The translations under genes were made by a program, and so were the position numbers. Below the pieces are notes generated by a model. That model did not search any database. It saw nothing but the letters and a program-made list of their open reading frames with translations, and had not been told where the DNA came from. From NCBI GenBank assembly GCA_903813345.2, contig CAIIXF020000001.1, positions 47,926,001 through 47,990,000 of the forward strand: a stretch of DNA of 64,000 nt, in the 5' to 3' direction. Origin of the DNA: Owenia fusiformis (taxonomy: Eukaryota). Positions 39,601 through 50,072 of the stretch are shown here, piece after piece (position 1 is the first letter of the stretch; each line of letters begins with the position of its first letter).

Positions 39601-42600
39601 TTTCTAAATGGCCACTTACAAGCCAAATTGTCAAAAGATAGTGTACCATGCTTATGAGAATTCACATATCAAACATGAACAAAATCACTCCACTACTTTT
39701 CCAGTTACAGGAAAAATCGGCTTCCATTTTTCAAGATAGCCGTTATGTTTTTGGAAAATAAATAGATTTTAAACTTAATTCATATTTTATTCTATGTACG
39801 TAAAATCTGTAAAACTGACACTAAAATGGCTGAAATTTTGAAACTGAAGACCGTTTTAAAAATCGGCTAAAAAGCAGAACTTTTACTTACACAGGGCATA
39901 TACCTATAAACTTTTTTTCTTTTTTTTTATTTATTGGATCTTACACATACATCATATACATGATATACACATATGTTCATATAATTCTTTTACATTTTAC
40001 AAATAGGTACTATTTTAACAGCTCATCTCCATGTATGAGGATTTTCTAACAATATGGTTTACAAATGTTTACAGCATAACGTACAATGGTCTTCAAAAAC
40101 ATATAGATTACCACAGTTTTATAATATATAACTCCATACCTTAAATATAATACATAGTTATTGGCTTAATAGTTCACTAACCTATAAACTATAAACAATC
40201 GTTGGCCAACGGACAGACGCACGAACGAAAAGACGGACGGAGGGAACCTTTATCCCCCAATCCTTTTACCGATTGTAAGCTTTTTAAAATGTTGCTATAT
40301 ATTTTTCGACTTACATTGAACGCATTGCACAAAACGCTGGTATTGTGTTGAGGAATCCTGTTATCTTACCTCCAGATTTTGTAACATCCCGCATAGGTCC
40401 TGGAGTTGCCCCCTCGCCCCCAGGCGGTTTTAATCCTTGTATATCAGCAATTACGTAAGTTTGGTCAGCTGGTTCAATAAATAGGCCACAGTCTGGTTGT
40501 GTGGGCGATTCAAAGTCACAATGAAATATTTCATTAGATGGTCCTGAAATATAAAGATTCGGTATTTTAGCAAATATAGATAATCGTAATTAAGTACAAG
40601 TGAAGAAGAAGGATGGACAGTTTTTCTATAAATAATATTTTTTATAAATCAACAATGTCACGATTAGTCTAGTTTAGAAAAATCAAAAATACTAACTTCA
40701 TCAAGTGCATTTATGGGGCCCCTTCACATACATTTACTGACTAGAACAATGAAATAATAACTTGAACCAAACGGATATCATGTGGTACATGCATCAAGCA
40801 AACGTACCAGCTTAAATACTAGAAGGAATAAAAATACGCATAAATCGAAAAGACAAATACAATTCTGATTTGTCAGTTTCTCTTTATCTAAAGCTCGTGA
40901 GAGACTGTTCCAAGGGAAAATGTATACTGTGGATCAAACAATGCAAACTCTGGACAATAATCGAATACCACTTGGAACTAACATATAGATATTGCAAAAC
41001 ATATACTTAAACTTCTTACTAGGACAATTAACCTCATCTGAATGAGAGCTGCAGTCATAGATGTGATCACATTTCAATTTATTTGGTAAGCATTTGTTGC
41101 TTCCTTCACATCTGAACATGCCATCTTTACAATCTGAAAATACACTCTATTATGAGTAAAACATGTCAACAGCGTATGCTATGCAGCAGACTAGTTTTGT
41201 TCTTACTTGATGATGACGATCTAGTTGTATTAATAACGGATTTACACAATATATCTCATGAATTGGTGACAACCCTCGTCCCAATCCATAACCCTTTGCA
41301 ACTGTATGCCTGTTATGGTCATGAAATGCATGCGATGGACAAGACGTTTGATTGTACATCAAATACGCTATGATGCCTAACTAACTACTGCATACTAGAC
41401 TGAAGCAAAGAGTATATGTACGACCCCTGATTCCTACAACTTATATAATTTTATACACCTCAGAGTTGGAGAACAGAATGGTGAGGGAACGTGCATAGAA
41501 AGCTTGGTGCAAAATCAAGAATGCGATGCAATTATATTATCAATTATATAAACAATAGTTGTTCTCATAAGTCAGGACTGGTGATAACGGAAATGCATAT
41601 TGCAGAGGAGTGGTCTATCCAATAGATCAGGAGTGGTATGCTCTATCGTTTACAAAACATGAACATATACTTGTTAATAAATCGAACTTCATTAATGCAT
41701 ATGTGACCTAACCAATAAGAATTACATTTTAGATATACCTTGAAATGCACAAGTGCCATCTATTATTCGTATGTCATCCAAACCAAAACCAGCTCCACCG
41801 ATATCCATCTCTACATAGAACTCCCCTGGTAATATTTCAACTTCTGCCTATTACATAATGACATTTTTAGAGGGGTCAACAATGACATCTCGATAACAGA
41901 ATAACGATTTTTTTTTAAAATAGTGCAAATTATAAAAGAAATATTTTAATATTATTTCACACTTGCTTTCATATTCCAGTTGGAATTTACAATGGTATGC
42001 ATATTTTTCAGTTCATAATCTTCAGCTACAGTAAATTGCCGAAGCATGTGGTTAAAAGTTCTGATTAATACCAATCAAAATTCTCTTTGTAGCATTCGAA
42101 TATTCTTTTGATGAATAAAATCGAATTACCTTATACCAAGCACCAGGTAAAAGATTATGCGCATTCCAAAACTCCCTCTTGTTCAAAACTAAATTTCCAT
42201 CTCCATCTACGCCCTTGAATATTTGATATATTCTGGTCACGGACCCAGACACCATTCTTATTGTGAAGCTCATGCAAGAACGACTGAGCTTGTTCATAAA
42301 GGGTCCCTGATTACTCGGTGGTGAGTTAATCAGAACTGGACCCGCTGTTTCTACTAGATGACCTTAAATGGTATGATATAAAATTCCTTCAAACAGTTTT
42401 AAATAATTATATTTCATACCTTTTTACTATAGTTTAACTAAAGAATGGTAGAAATACAGGATATTCAGTATGTAAGGATACATGCTCTACCCATGAAAGT
42501 ATTCATAATTCGAATTCTACGTTACCATATCCATTTCTTAATGTTGTGTCTATCCCCTGTTTTCTCTCGATGACACCATATGGTATGTGCCAACCACATA

Positions 42601-45600
42601 GCCCACCACCTTCGAAGTCACAAGTGAAATTATCTGCAAATTTAAAATGTATCATATACTTTGTAATAAGCTATGTTCAATGTCAGTCTATGCACTGTTA
42701 TTGATTCTCCCGGTCCCTCACCAGAGTTTTAAGAAAATAAAGATAATAGATTTATTTAAATGATATACATATTAAATTCTAAATGGGAAAATGAGAGTAC
42801 AACAGCTTTACGAAAACACATATGAATATGTGAGATATACGTAAATATAAACTAAACTGTTCTCTTCAAAGCTGTCAATGTTGTCTTAATACCTGAAGAA
42901 CATGCATCAATGTGAGCAGTGATGTCATCTAAGGCAATATCTGACCTATAGGAGTGTCCACGCATACCCATGAATTCTACATCATATCCCCCGGCAGGAA
43001 GGGTTACACTAGCAAGATGCCAACCTTTACCCTGATCTCCTTCCATCTTCCACAGCTCCTGGGTGAGGTTATCAGACTTTCTTCTACAACGCCGATTGAT
43101 CCATCATTCAATATTGTATCACAAGAGTTGGAGGCCATACTTGCACTCATTATATTTTCATTATTTTGAAACCAAAAAGACGAGTTTAATTGTTTTCAAA
43201 AAGGTTTCATCTTAGTTTAGGGTACGCTTCAATGTGCTATGAAATAAGCTTTCCATTCAAATTTCCCGAATTCATAAATGCTTCTAAATGGGTAAGATTT
43301 ACTTGAAGATGTATTGTCTCTTAGATTATTCACGGACAATCAGTGATGTCCCATTATGATTGCATTATACAACATTACATAGCTAAGATATATCCCGAGA
43401 CCAAGTTATGCGCGCAGTAATGCCGATATATTGAGAAAATCGGCAGAAAACCAAGACGCAATAAAAGGAAATTTCAATCACGTAACACGAGGGTTGTCAC
43501 TTAACTTTAAACCAGAAAGCCAATCAGATTCAGAGCGGTTTTAATTATTTATTTTCGAAATTCCGATCGTCTAGCATATAATTCATTTCTGCGTACAATG
43601 ATAAAATTGACACCGTAAACGTATGGGTCAGTATCTAACAGTTGGAAAATTGATGGATGAACCTGCTGTTTTACATCTTATGCAACAAAATCAAGCGGTA
43701 TTCCAGTTGTGTTCCGATCAGACACTACCTCTTTAAGGATCTCATTCGGTGCTTCCATTCAATACTTACACACTATTCAAAGATAATGATCCCATATGGT
43801 CACCAAACATAGAATAATAGAAAATTAGGCAATATGGTCTGCTCAGGTCTACACGCTTCACCATATATGCAGTATCATCATCGGGTACGGACGATGCTTC
43901 CAAGAAAATATATTGATCTCCATCCTTAGTGTTAGCTGTATGGCCTTTGTCAGGTCCAGTGTTGGCTGTACCAGTTTTTAGATTCTCGAATCCCCATTTA
44001 AATTTCTCCCCGTCCACAAGACTATACTCACACTGATCCACCCCAAAATCGCAATTTAGTCCAACAACTGAAAAGAAGAGAGATTAAAATCCAATGTTTG
44101 CTAGTTTTAAAACTTAGTGGAATTTGTTCCCATTTTTCAAAACACAAGACGAAGGTAACGAATTATTAGGCCATACTGGTCCACTAAAGCTTACTGTCAT
44201 TGTTGATTGTAGTTGTAACTGGGGGGAATGTAGTTGTCGTTGTGCTTGGTGTAGACGTAGTGGGTACTGTTGTTATTGCTGGAGCTTGAGTTGAAGGAGC
44301 TTGCGTTGTGGGAGTTTTTGTTGGAGGAGCTTTTGTTGGAAGTTGTGTTGAAAGAGTTTCTGTTGTTGTGGAAGTTTTTGTTGTAGGAGCTTTTGTTGTT
44401 GTAGATTTTGTTGGAACAGCTTGTGAGGTAGGAGCCTTTGTTGGGGATTGTGTTGGTGGAGTTTCGGTTGTTGTTGGAGCCGCTGTAATAACAGTTTCTT
44501 TTCTGGTTGTTGTGACTTGAGTCGTCGGCGGTTTCAAAACTGGTGGTGTTGTCATTTCTTTCGATTCGATGAGTTTTCCTAAATTAAACATATTTTAATG
44601 TTGCTTAAACTTCGCTAAAATAAGTTCTATTTGAGGTTTGGTGGTGTTCTTTATGGGTGTTTTTTCAAATATTATAATTTCTCTGAATTAAATTTTGATT
44701 AGGCCTGTTTTATGTTGGTATCTAACAATTACATGAATGTCTTGAACCATGTAACTGGAACAAATTAATCAGTAGGTCCGACATGGTAGCAATAATGGTA
44801 TCAATAATGTCCTAGGTTTCCCCGAGTGTTAATGAGAGATATACCAGGTCGTTCAATAAGTTCCCGGAAAATGCTCTCATTTCAAAGATTTTTGATATTT
44901 TCTGATGAAATTTTCACACAATGTACAAAAAATGTAGGCGGGGCACTTTTTACGTCACACAATTTACCATAACAGAAAATCTATAAATATGTGCAAATGA
45001 AGGATCCCTACTTTTGTTTGTTCTTATTTGAATTACAAATGTTCTGAGGGGAAATTGATGTTCATTGTTTTCATGAACATTTCTGAAATCCTGCTAGTCA
45101 ATGCTGTACCAGTGGGCCAGATAATCAACAAAAATAGTAATAATATGGTAAGTTGATTAAAACCTAACCAATCAGCCAAACTCTAGATTTTTCCATCAGG
45201 ATAATGCATCCGATCACACTGCTAATATTGTGCAGGAAACCATCACAAATAACTGGCAAAATAGATGGCAAAGCTGCCTCAACTTCAAGTTACATACTCC
45301 AGTTGAGACAATCCTTGATTTTGCTGTTTTCACTAGGATGACGGATCAACTAAGAGGTGCACTTTATGGAACAATGAAACGACTTTCGACTGCAGTCCAG
45401 ACTGCCTTTCAAACAAGTTTTCCAGATGGCTTCAGAGCACTGCATCGTCAATGGGTTGAATACAAGCGACAGTGCATTAAACATGAGGGAGAATATTTCT
45501 AAAACCTTATGGGACAATAGTTGTGGCTATTGCATTAAGTAATATTACGTACAAGTAGAAAGCGGAGAAGAAATTCATGTGATATACTCATAAATTGCCT

Positions 45601-48600
45601 ACTATTCTGTTGTTTTTCTAATGAATAATGTGACGTAAAAAGTGCCCCGCCTACCCAAAAGTCAAGATACCATAGTAAACCTTACTTTTGACCAATCAAA
45701 TTAGAGATGCTGATATTTTAAGAATCAATCAGAAAGTATTTTTTATACATATGTTCAAATTTCATGAAAAAATATATAAAATCTTTGAAATGAAATCATT
45801 TTTCCGTGAACTTATTGAACGACCTGGTATATAATTTATCGATACACAATACATATGGACATTTATGTATTAATGTAAGTACTCATACTATGGACAAAAA
45901 AATATATTTATTGGTCTGTGTGGATTCGAGAAATAATATCGAAATTGAAGAACTATAAAACTACATACCATTTACAGATATACTATTTGTATCAATCTCG
46001 TAATGTGTGGTTGGCAGGTTTCCTAGGTTCAGAATACCATCGAATATTAGCTTCTTTGCATCTTCTTGATCTTCTTCATCTAGTTCAACAAACTTTAAAC
46101 TCAAGTCCACAATCACACTCCCTGACCTTTAATTTAAGACAATATTATGTTAACGAATGTGGAAGTGTTTCCTACCATTTATTTCAGATGTTCTTGGAAC
46201 TGGCCATGACAAATCAAAATCCCAGAATTGCGGGTTTTAATTTTAACAATCGCCCTAATGGTAACCAATCTTTTTTATTTTCACTATAATTTAAAATTGC
46301 AGATGTCAGCAATGATAAGTGTGACAAGGACCTAGTCGAAATATACGAAGTTTTATATCTCTCATATGGTGTTGTTATAGTTTAGAAGAGGGGTTAAGTA
46401 CATTGTCCCTCCACTTACCGAATATCGTCAAAAGAACATCCTTTGAACGACTTCTTTATGAAACTAGTCTCTATAGAATTTTTTACCTGAAATATCAAGA
46501 ATACATATGCCATTTTATTAACGAAGTTTGCTCTTTGGTCTTTTATACATGAAATACAATAAGATGTTGTATGTTTACTGTAAATTTATATGTTATTTAA
46601 AAGTGAAATTAGTGATACATTATATAGATAAGTGTCAAGATATGGTCATTTGAATTACTAATTACCATAGTCATGTGGACGTATTTGTTAAAGAATATAT
46701 CTTATCCGATATAATACAATACAGTTATACATATTATAATGGAAAATCCCTATTTTATTAAACTAGCATTGTCATTCCAATGCATTACTTACTGTTAAGC
46801 AAACATCATTTTCCAATTCATCGAATTTTTTGTTTTTATAGATGTCGTAATCTAAATTTTTTATTCTGAAGCTTGCCTTGATTTCCGACTCTCCTATTTG
46901 AGCTACAAAATATGCAAATCAATACAACAACATTCACCCTGTGGACACATAGAAATACTATTAATTCGTAGTGTTTGATATACGATCTAATATACATGAT
47001 TCTACCTTTGCTCTTACCAGTCGGTATGTATTTAGAATATTCGGCACTTTATAGAATTTGGCATACTTTTTACTGTAACAATTACAACAGTGTTTTAGTC
47101 TAGAAGCATGCAAAAAGTGAACTGTATAAAATAAAAGTTAGATGTACAGTTAAGAAACAAGTTGTATATTCCAGGAAAAAAGGGCGTCAATTTGATAATA
47201 CTATTTAGGCGTATTTATCTTAAAGGCAGAATCAGATCTATGGGGGTATGATAAAATTACAAGGAACATATACAATTGACCTACCAATCTATTCCTTACA
47301 ATCTCAAATACAATATCTCCCAAAAGATTCACGATATGTTATAGATTGGTGAAGTTATAATGGATTCAAAGTGCAAAAATGGAATGTTTAAATTCTCCCA
47401 AATAATAAGAATGGTAACCATTCTTAAGAAAAATTATACATTATTGTAAAAAATCTCGAGATTTACTGAAATAAAGTGTGCACTTAAGGTATTTTAGAAA
47501 ATAGACATGAAAGGAATGACATAAGCCAGAAATATTCTAAAATTGAAACAATTTTTTGTAAGCCTGCTCGCTAGATCTGATTCTCTCTTTAAAAATGCAT
47601 GATTACCTGTTCCAACCTGACTTTGAGGTGCATTGAATGATATCTGTCCACCTAAAATTAATAAATTAACGATACAAACATTTTCTAGTATTTCCATCCA
47701 AAAAAACTTGATTAAATTGTAATTTATGTTATTTTCTAAACATGTACGAGAGAGTACCATTCCCATGTCTTGCTTTCAACATGGGCGATATCTAAATCTA
47801 TGCACGGTAGTCTTGTATACGTCCATATTTTGATCCAACCAGATCGGTCTTACCATTCACCCCACTCAATAAATTCTATTAAAAATCCCACATTTTTTTA
47901 TATTTCAAAGTATTGTGCATATGCATTTATTTTGTAAAATGTTGGTGATCAGATAGCATAGTTAGTTCTACTAAATATGCCCACGGAAAACTATTTATAT
48001 GGTTTGGTCTGTTTAGTTCTATACTTGTATGTCTTACACTCAAGAGCAACCGATCCGTATCACCTTCATGGTAATATTTTTCTTCTTTGACATCCCCTCA
48101 TCCCCCTTCGTAAACATGCACTTCCACACACCCCACTCAAATTCAGTAGTCGTACTCAGTCTACTGGTCAACTGTGTAGCAAGATTTGCCCACGACACCG
48201 TACAAGATATAAACTCTCATTTGATGTTTTATTCAATCTAATATGGCAACTGACGAAGATGATAAAAATACATCGGGAACTATCGTTTTATTCTTCATTT
48301 TTTGCTCGATATTTATACTTTTATATATGATCGATAATTTTCCATTTTTACGAACTTGGATTTTGCTCATTGTTGCTCAAGTCGAAATGAATTAAACGCA
48401 AATTAATGGGCGATAACCGTATACCGAAATTAGAAGTAGATGGGAAATAAACTTGGACATTAAAGAGTTGCGACTTTAAGGCTCTAAGAGTGAATTACCA
48501 TCGGAATCGTGAACTGAATGAAAATTGTCAGGCAGTATTTTACATGCATATTATCTACATTCGTTATGTATTGACAGGTAGCTTGTACTTCAGTCACGCA

Positions 48601-50072
48601 AATCAATATAAATATATTAGAATATACAACAGGTCAGTTTAACGTTATTTGTTCTTGTATGCATCATCATCAGAAAAAACGGCATTCATGTTTCATGTCG
48701 TGCTTATAAATACAATGTAATGGGCTAATCAGATGTTGATTGAAAGCATATCGTTCCTAGGGATAATGCAGTACATAAATATGTGAACCACTGTTGTTAT
48801 CTATATCTATATTAAGCCACGACGGAAAAGGAAGATAAACCTACAATGTGGTTATCGATTTTATATAAATCATTTGTATACAACTTGGACTAAACCAATG
48901 TTCATCAAGCGTGAAATATAATTAATATCAATTCCCTGGTAGAGCACTTTATGACTGAAATGGTTTTATAATTCAAAGTTTATGAATTGCGATTTCAAAC
49001 ATTGTCGAATGTGGGGTAGCATGTACAATATACAATAAAGAAATCCATTGTATTGTGACTGATGGGGACCAGTAATGTGTGTGATGTGCCATGTCTAGTA
49101 TTGAAAAATGATGTACAGGCACGAGTGACACATCCGATACACACTGACAGACAAAGGAAAAATAAACGTGTTTAACACTACGGTGGCAAAAGGTCACGCG
49201 GTTTAGTCAAGCCATGCGATCCGGAAAGAGATATATTTACTCAAAAAGTTTAAGGATTTTGAGATATTACAAGTATACTACTTGTATGAGGAATGTACAT
49301 TACAAATGACAAGACAATGACACCGGGTGTGTGTAATTCACATTCAAAACTGAGATACTACTTGTACAAAGTTTGTTAGAAGGTTCGCTGTCTGAACATT
49401 GATTCATGTTCGCAGAACTCCATTTACCAAATCAAATTGCCACCTACACCAATGTTTCATACTTTGAAATCGAGTATTGTTCATTGCCTTGCAAGATTTG
49501 CAACATTTTGATTTGGTATATTGCCTTCTATAGACATTGTGCAACATAAGTTATACAATGATAAGAATCAAAAACACGAGGCGTAAGTTGATCTTCAATT
49601 TATATTATCTTAATCGATGAGGAACTTGTCAAAACAGGGTGAAGAGGAAAAGTATTAGAATTTTAGCGATTATTTTAATCAATCTTTTTCAACCTTTTGC
49701 TAGTAAATGTGAATGTAGCATGCACGTCATAACATTATTATCCACCTGTGAACCAATCATATTACAAGTTTTGATTAAATAATACTGAAAATTGTACTTA
49801 CTAGCTTGTAAAGCTAAAATGATAACTGCAATGATAAGGCCTATTAAAACAAACGCTAAGAGACATCCAATTATAAACATGCATCCTCTTGTAGTACTAC
49901 AGGAATCCTTTTTGGCGTCCCTATAGTATAAAGCAGCACTCGACCGGGATTGTCTTTCCATGTCAGTTTCAGATTCTCCCGATCTTCTTGATGTGTGTGG
50001 AGAGGATCTCGTTGTACTTTGTAATTTCCCGTCCGGATCTGAGTAACCGAAATTTGTTGAACTTGACGCCAT
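571..50072 (-). CDS. Giant type II transmembrane mosaic serine protease (enteropeptidase/corin/MAM-LDLa-like), 42 coding exons, about 2070 aa
   Basis: Manual GT-AG exon chain (minus strand): 49802-50072, 47607-47651, 46793-46902, 46419-46486, 45969-46126, 44195-44578, 43770-44067, 42893-43083, 42526-42633, 42130-42362, 41739-41847, 41020-41133, 40370-40543, 39311-39472, 38145-38309, 37810-37963, 37274-37446, 36968-37112, 36501-36715, 36067-36216, 35790-35954, 35394-35576, 35025-35126, 34618-34725, 34399-34506, 29447-29551, 28955-29071, 28345-28458, 27839-27964, 26970-27083, 26547-26663, 26334-26444, 25813-25926, 25362-25478, 24877-24994, 24523-24615, 24115-24158, 23653-23833, 23217-23515, 22842-23008, 11789-11867, 571-674. 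Phases match and the lengths sum to 6213 nt. The frame stays open upstream of the ATG to an acceptor at 50105, so the true start may lie further 5'. Confidence 0.88.
750..1254. mobile_element. Palindromic MITE with a nested short TAG...CTA (Academ-like) insertion at 925-1063
   Basis: Long inverted repeats ttccacagctggatgactcta / tagagtcatccagctgtggaa; inner element tagagaatttt...aaaattctcca flanked by ATAT on both sides. Confidence 0.75.
2125..2260 (-). pseudogene. LINE (CR1/L2-group) ORF2 C-terminal zinc-finger remnant
   Basis: [34 protein letters not shown] matches the LN-x-HL...P-x-C-x-CG-x-x-x-ET-x-x-HFLF-x-C tail. Confidence 0.55.
2264..3190. mobile_element. Tc1/mariner-derived non-autonomous element
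   Basis: TA-caatgtgtctcaaaaaaa...ttttttgagacacactg-TA, long TIRs, decayed WPP-type transposase remnant near 2700-2760, and an internal tandem duplication of about 60 bp. Confidence 0.8.
3250..4313. mobile_element. TIR element 3250-3887 plus a direct duplicate of its right about 260 bp at 4052-4313
   Basis: ta-gtaccccggacaggttgtatg...catacaacctgtccggggtac-ta; 3625-3888 and 4052-4315 look identical by eye. Confidence 0.75.
4820..5012. repeat. Dispersed repeat, with an inverted copy at about 28085-28265
   Basis: Shared atcatttgtttaattttgcttc...gattttccactta and tacagtattggttaaac blocks. Confidence 0.6.
6636..7532. repeat. Minisatellite, about 13 copies of a 71-74-bp unit
   Basis: Unit aataagggaaacccctggatgggaaactgttgtctactacacaggcctgggccatcagacatgtttttagatt, with some deleted copies. 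Confidence 0.95.
9966..10603. mobile_element. Non-autonomous TGT...ACA element with a 5-bp TSD (Ginger-like)
   Basis: ACGAC-tgttacgcggta...taccgcgtaaca-ACGAC; internal about 22-bp gcggtatatggcatattc subrepeats in both orientations. Confidence 0.75.
11162..11372 (+). repeat. TE terminus, with a diverged inverted partner at about 19333-19572
   Basis: cagatgcgagtaggtagttacca...ccaccaggtggc...gatatttcactttttgtgatttt recurs reverse-complemented at 19333-19572. Confidence 0.7.
11789..11867 (-). CDS. Trypsin domain exon 41 (catalytic Ser195)
   Basis: tttccttctccag|[27 protein letters not shown]|gtaaat; phase 0 in and phase 1 out, matching both neighbours. Confidence 0.9.
11915..11970 (-). repeat. 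Partial tandem duplicate of exon 41 including its splice acceptor
   Basis: catgttcattcttgcatacaaaaggtccaccactgtcagcctggagaaggaaatat is identical to 11828-11883; it reads [14 protein letters not shown] then TGA. Confidence 0.9.
12063..12631. mobile_element. Tc1/mariner MITE
   Basis: Inverted repeats caaaaatgacacccactaattttggaataac / gttattccaaaatt...tgtgtcaccctg-TA. Confidence 0.65.
13287..14359. mobile_element. Tc1/mariner MITE
   Basis: TA-cagggtggtcaaaaaaaattggaacatttg...caaatgttccaatttttttttggaccaccctg-TA, TIRs of about 170 bp. Confidence 0.88.
14887..15528 (-). mobile_element. 5'-truncated Penelope-like retroelement RT (Naiad/Chlamys-type, RT at the C-terminus)
   Basis: [38 protein letters not shown]...[27 protein letters not shown]; the ORF stops after the thumb with no C-terminal GIY-YIG; 3' flank continues to about 14362. 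Confidence 0.85.
15904..17246 (+). repeat. Left arm of a 1.34-kb inverted duplication
   Basis: Reverse complement of 21365-22707 with only scattered substitutions and small indels; the same 62/64-aa spurious ORF appears on opposite strands. Confidence 0.95.
17088..17156 (+). ncRNA. Second degenerate tRNA-like unit; mirror copy at about 21455-21523 on the minus strand
   Basis: A-box-like tggcgctagtg, B box ggttcgtatccc, T5 run. Confidence 0.4.
17250..17424 (-). mobile_element. hAT-like MITE end
   Basis: Terminus gtacgaaccctg (CAGGGTTCGTAC on the minus strand) with repeated ttccctgac subterminal motifs. Confidence 0.5.
18085..18880. mobile_element. TAG...CTA non-autonomous element with a 4-bp TSD (Academ-like)
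   Basis: TTAT-tagagaattttcgttataag...cttataacgaaaattctcta-TTAT. Confidence 0.75.
19620..20036. mobile_element. Hairpin element (Crypton-like non-autonomous)
   Basis: About 70-bp stem around the loop cacgagagagcgaagcgaaggagtg, then atcctacactta...taagtgtaggat enclosing three ggagtatatcgtcacgatatcctcc palindromes. Confidence 0.5.
20660..21309. mobile_element. MITE with diverged long TIRs
   Basis: ccactcagtaaaattacgatttctct...ttcctgacacgttcgggcatccgg versus ccggacgcccaaacgtgtcaggaa...agagaaatcgtatttttactgagtgg. Confidence 0.65.
21365..22707 (-). repeat. Right arm of a 1.34-kb inverted duplication
   Basis: cagagattaatgtttcc...aacctcttaagatcctg mirrors caggatcttaagaggtt...ggaaacattaatctctg. Confidence 0.95.
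21640..21719 (+). ncRNA. tRNA-derived Pol III-like unit (SINE head or pseudo-tRNA); mirror copy at 16892-16971 on the minus strand
   Basis: A box tggcctaatgg, degenerate B box gatcgagaccc, T5 terminator and upstream TATA; no intact cloverleaf. Confidence 0.55.
22842..23833 (-). CDS. Trypsin-family (S1A) domain exons 38-40 (activation site, His57, Asp102, Asp189)
   Basis: CGTR...LPF-VVGG...WPWQISL...[25 protein letters not shown]...VRPICLP...[22 protein letters not shown]. Confidence 0.95.
24115..24994 (-). CDS. Protease divergent SRCR domain preceding the catalytic domain (3 exons)
   Basis: [30 protein letters not shown]...[11 protein letters not shown], the usual TTSP pre-protease SRCR position. 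Confidence 0.75.
25362..35126 (-). CDS. Protease array of 12 single-exon LDL-receptor class A repeats; the GPCR gene sits in the intron between repeats 3 and 4
   Basis: Twelve 102-126-nt phase 1-1 exons with F-x-C...C-I...C-D/N...DC-x-D-x-S/T/E-DE-x-x-C. Confidence 0.9.
30437..30442 (-). promoter_or_regulatory. Putative polyadenylation signal of the nested GPCR
   Basis: AATAAA about 115 nt after the stop codon, with another near 30365; AT-rich background lowers specificity. Confidence 0.35.
30558..33197 (-). CDS. Intronless somatomedin-B/Cys-rich 7TM receptor (secretin/adhesion/Methuselah-like class B), nested in protease intron 25
   Basis: 879-aa open frame: hydrophobic N-terminus; SMB CAGHC...[21 protein letters not shown]; two F/Y-x-N-x-x-CA-x-CN modules; seven TMs with [21 protein letters not shown] and NASQGVF; C-terminal TKI. 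Confidence 0.93.
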   Translation of the reverse strand: MVLPKNLVTLFAVFGSIIIKSHLLEVWTVVAGTVLNDQQDDAITDANEVTAPNVALEDKTQVAETGSASYTGRPHNMTGQPYYATMWSALDDETSVAPTALFIPPPVIQVYTQSMEFTIWPPSPCSNSLELERAMNDVANCTELQPNQYRCAGHCGKKTEFPTTRHCACDEHCIINGDCCEDFAWACPTEANIQQGNVARELNCVKLDGMDRYASMVVACDDHNKTPCFPNTKGDTTSMNLDNNNPVYDQNTGLNFVNLNCAKCNNVNMSHINIWPTSVRCERSAKHKLTSIEKLKRFILEGRCSLNITFPVDFGRECWPHVAECNQSVCMSDRLKQLCREEPMQMYGMENKAYKNEYCAMCNLNNGWRMMQNRFCSVEIYRTDNREVVEIGSFSFSLIMNINPKANDVLSFGFTVDGNQIDARCANVENCTAVCKSGFVLRDNACEHVYTPFNVTATLEYIIADDFQFSSRANIDFIQKMVNEDVLAEPSLIGELQTDVSYMFSNVYDHTSNTLNGTFSVEYTAKMPADYTSSRARFHNETFNRLKKDFEELLKWSAPRTCEVISLSAKLLNYSTYLKWQTNTVTFQRSSYGIEKATLDSIKVMGILSIICLTLSIICLLVRIVLQVSVTVFHSFPGKLQFCLVVSLCTSSVLYLLGPFVETVPELCKVIAILIHYAYLVTFMWMGVIAYDMYRTFSVSVQISTRGQKQLVRYCVFALTLPATIVAVALIMDSVGDDGSFKPKYGAYVCQITNHKANLLFFAGPLACVILFNIVMFTMTIIALIKSWKQSNLARNDDGYHFDVYFKLFVIMGFTWIFGFIGPFVHEAFMYVFIVLNASQGVFLSVVSVCTKQVIGELTNCNFSKRSYQSGQNTELTKI
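33302..33309 (-). promoter_or_regulatory. Putative TATA box of the nested GPCR
   Basis: TATATAAA on the minus strand about 105 nt upstream of the ATG. Confidence 0.45.
35394..36216 (-). CDS. Protease MAM domain 4 (3 exons)
   Basis: [10 protein letters not shown]...[21 protein letters not shown]...KARLRS...[13 protein letters not shown]...GDIALDDI. Confidence 0.9.
36501..37963 (-). CDS. Protease SRCR domains 1 and 2 (4 exons)
   Basis: [16 protein letters not shown]...WGPVC...[34 protein letters not shown]...VTCKQLGL...[13 protein letters not shown]. Confidence 0.85.
38145..41133 (-). CDS. Protease LDLa repeat and divergent MAM domain 3 (4 exons)
   Basis: [44 protein letters not shown]...GYYLY...CLSFHI...[11 protein letters not shown]. 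Confidence 0.8.
38370..39046. mobile_element. Fold-back MITE in a protease intron
   Basis: Near-whole-length inverted symmetry (tgaccttcagtcagtttt / aaaattgagtgaaggtca; cctttcggaaagctcatc / gatgacctttccgaaagg). Confidence 0.65.
41739..44067 (-). CDS. Protease MAM domains 1 and 2 (5 exons)
   Basis: [10 protein letters not shown]...TGPDKGHT...YIFLEASS...[16 protein letters not shown]...[12 protein letters not shown]...DIALDDI; second repeat [13 protein letters not shown]...[12 protein letters not shown]. Confidence 0.88.
44195..44578 (-). CDS. Protease Thr/Pro-rich mucin-like stalk exon
   Basis: PTTQVTTT...[11 protein letters not shown] repeats; AG/GT boundaries, phase 1-1. Confidence 0.85.
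44844..45827 (+). mobile_element. Mariner (DD34D-type) deletion derivative
   Basis: TA-ccaggtcgttcaataagttc...gaacttattgaacgacctgg-TA; remnants FHQDNA and [10 protein letters not shown]; related fragment at about 9460-9630. Confidence 0.85.
45969..46902 (-). CDS. Protease SEA domain (3 exons)
   Basis: [26 protein letters not shown]...[13 protein letters not shown], containing the SEA G-SVIV cleavage motif. Confidence 0.8.
49802..50072 (-). CDS. Protease exon 1: cytoplasmic tail and type II signal-anchor TM
   Basis: Ser/Arg-rich tail, then [25 protein letters not shown]; gtaagt donor, phase 1. Confidence 0.85.

Noticed and set aside
48038..48170. Extra protease exon ([18 protein letters not shown]...)
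   Set aside because: It is phase 0-0, incompatible with the phase-1 neighbours, and has no recognisable domain.
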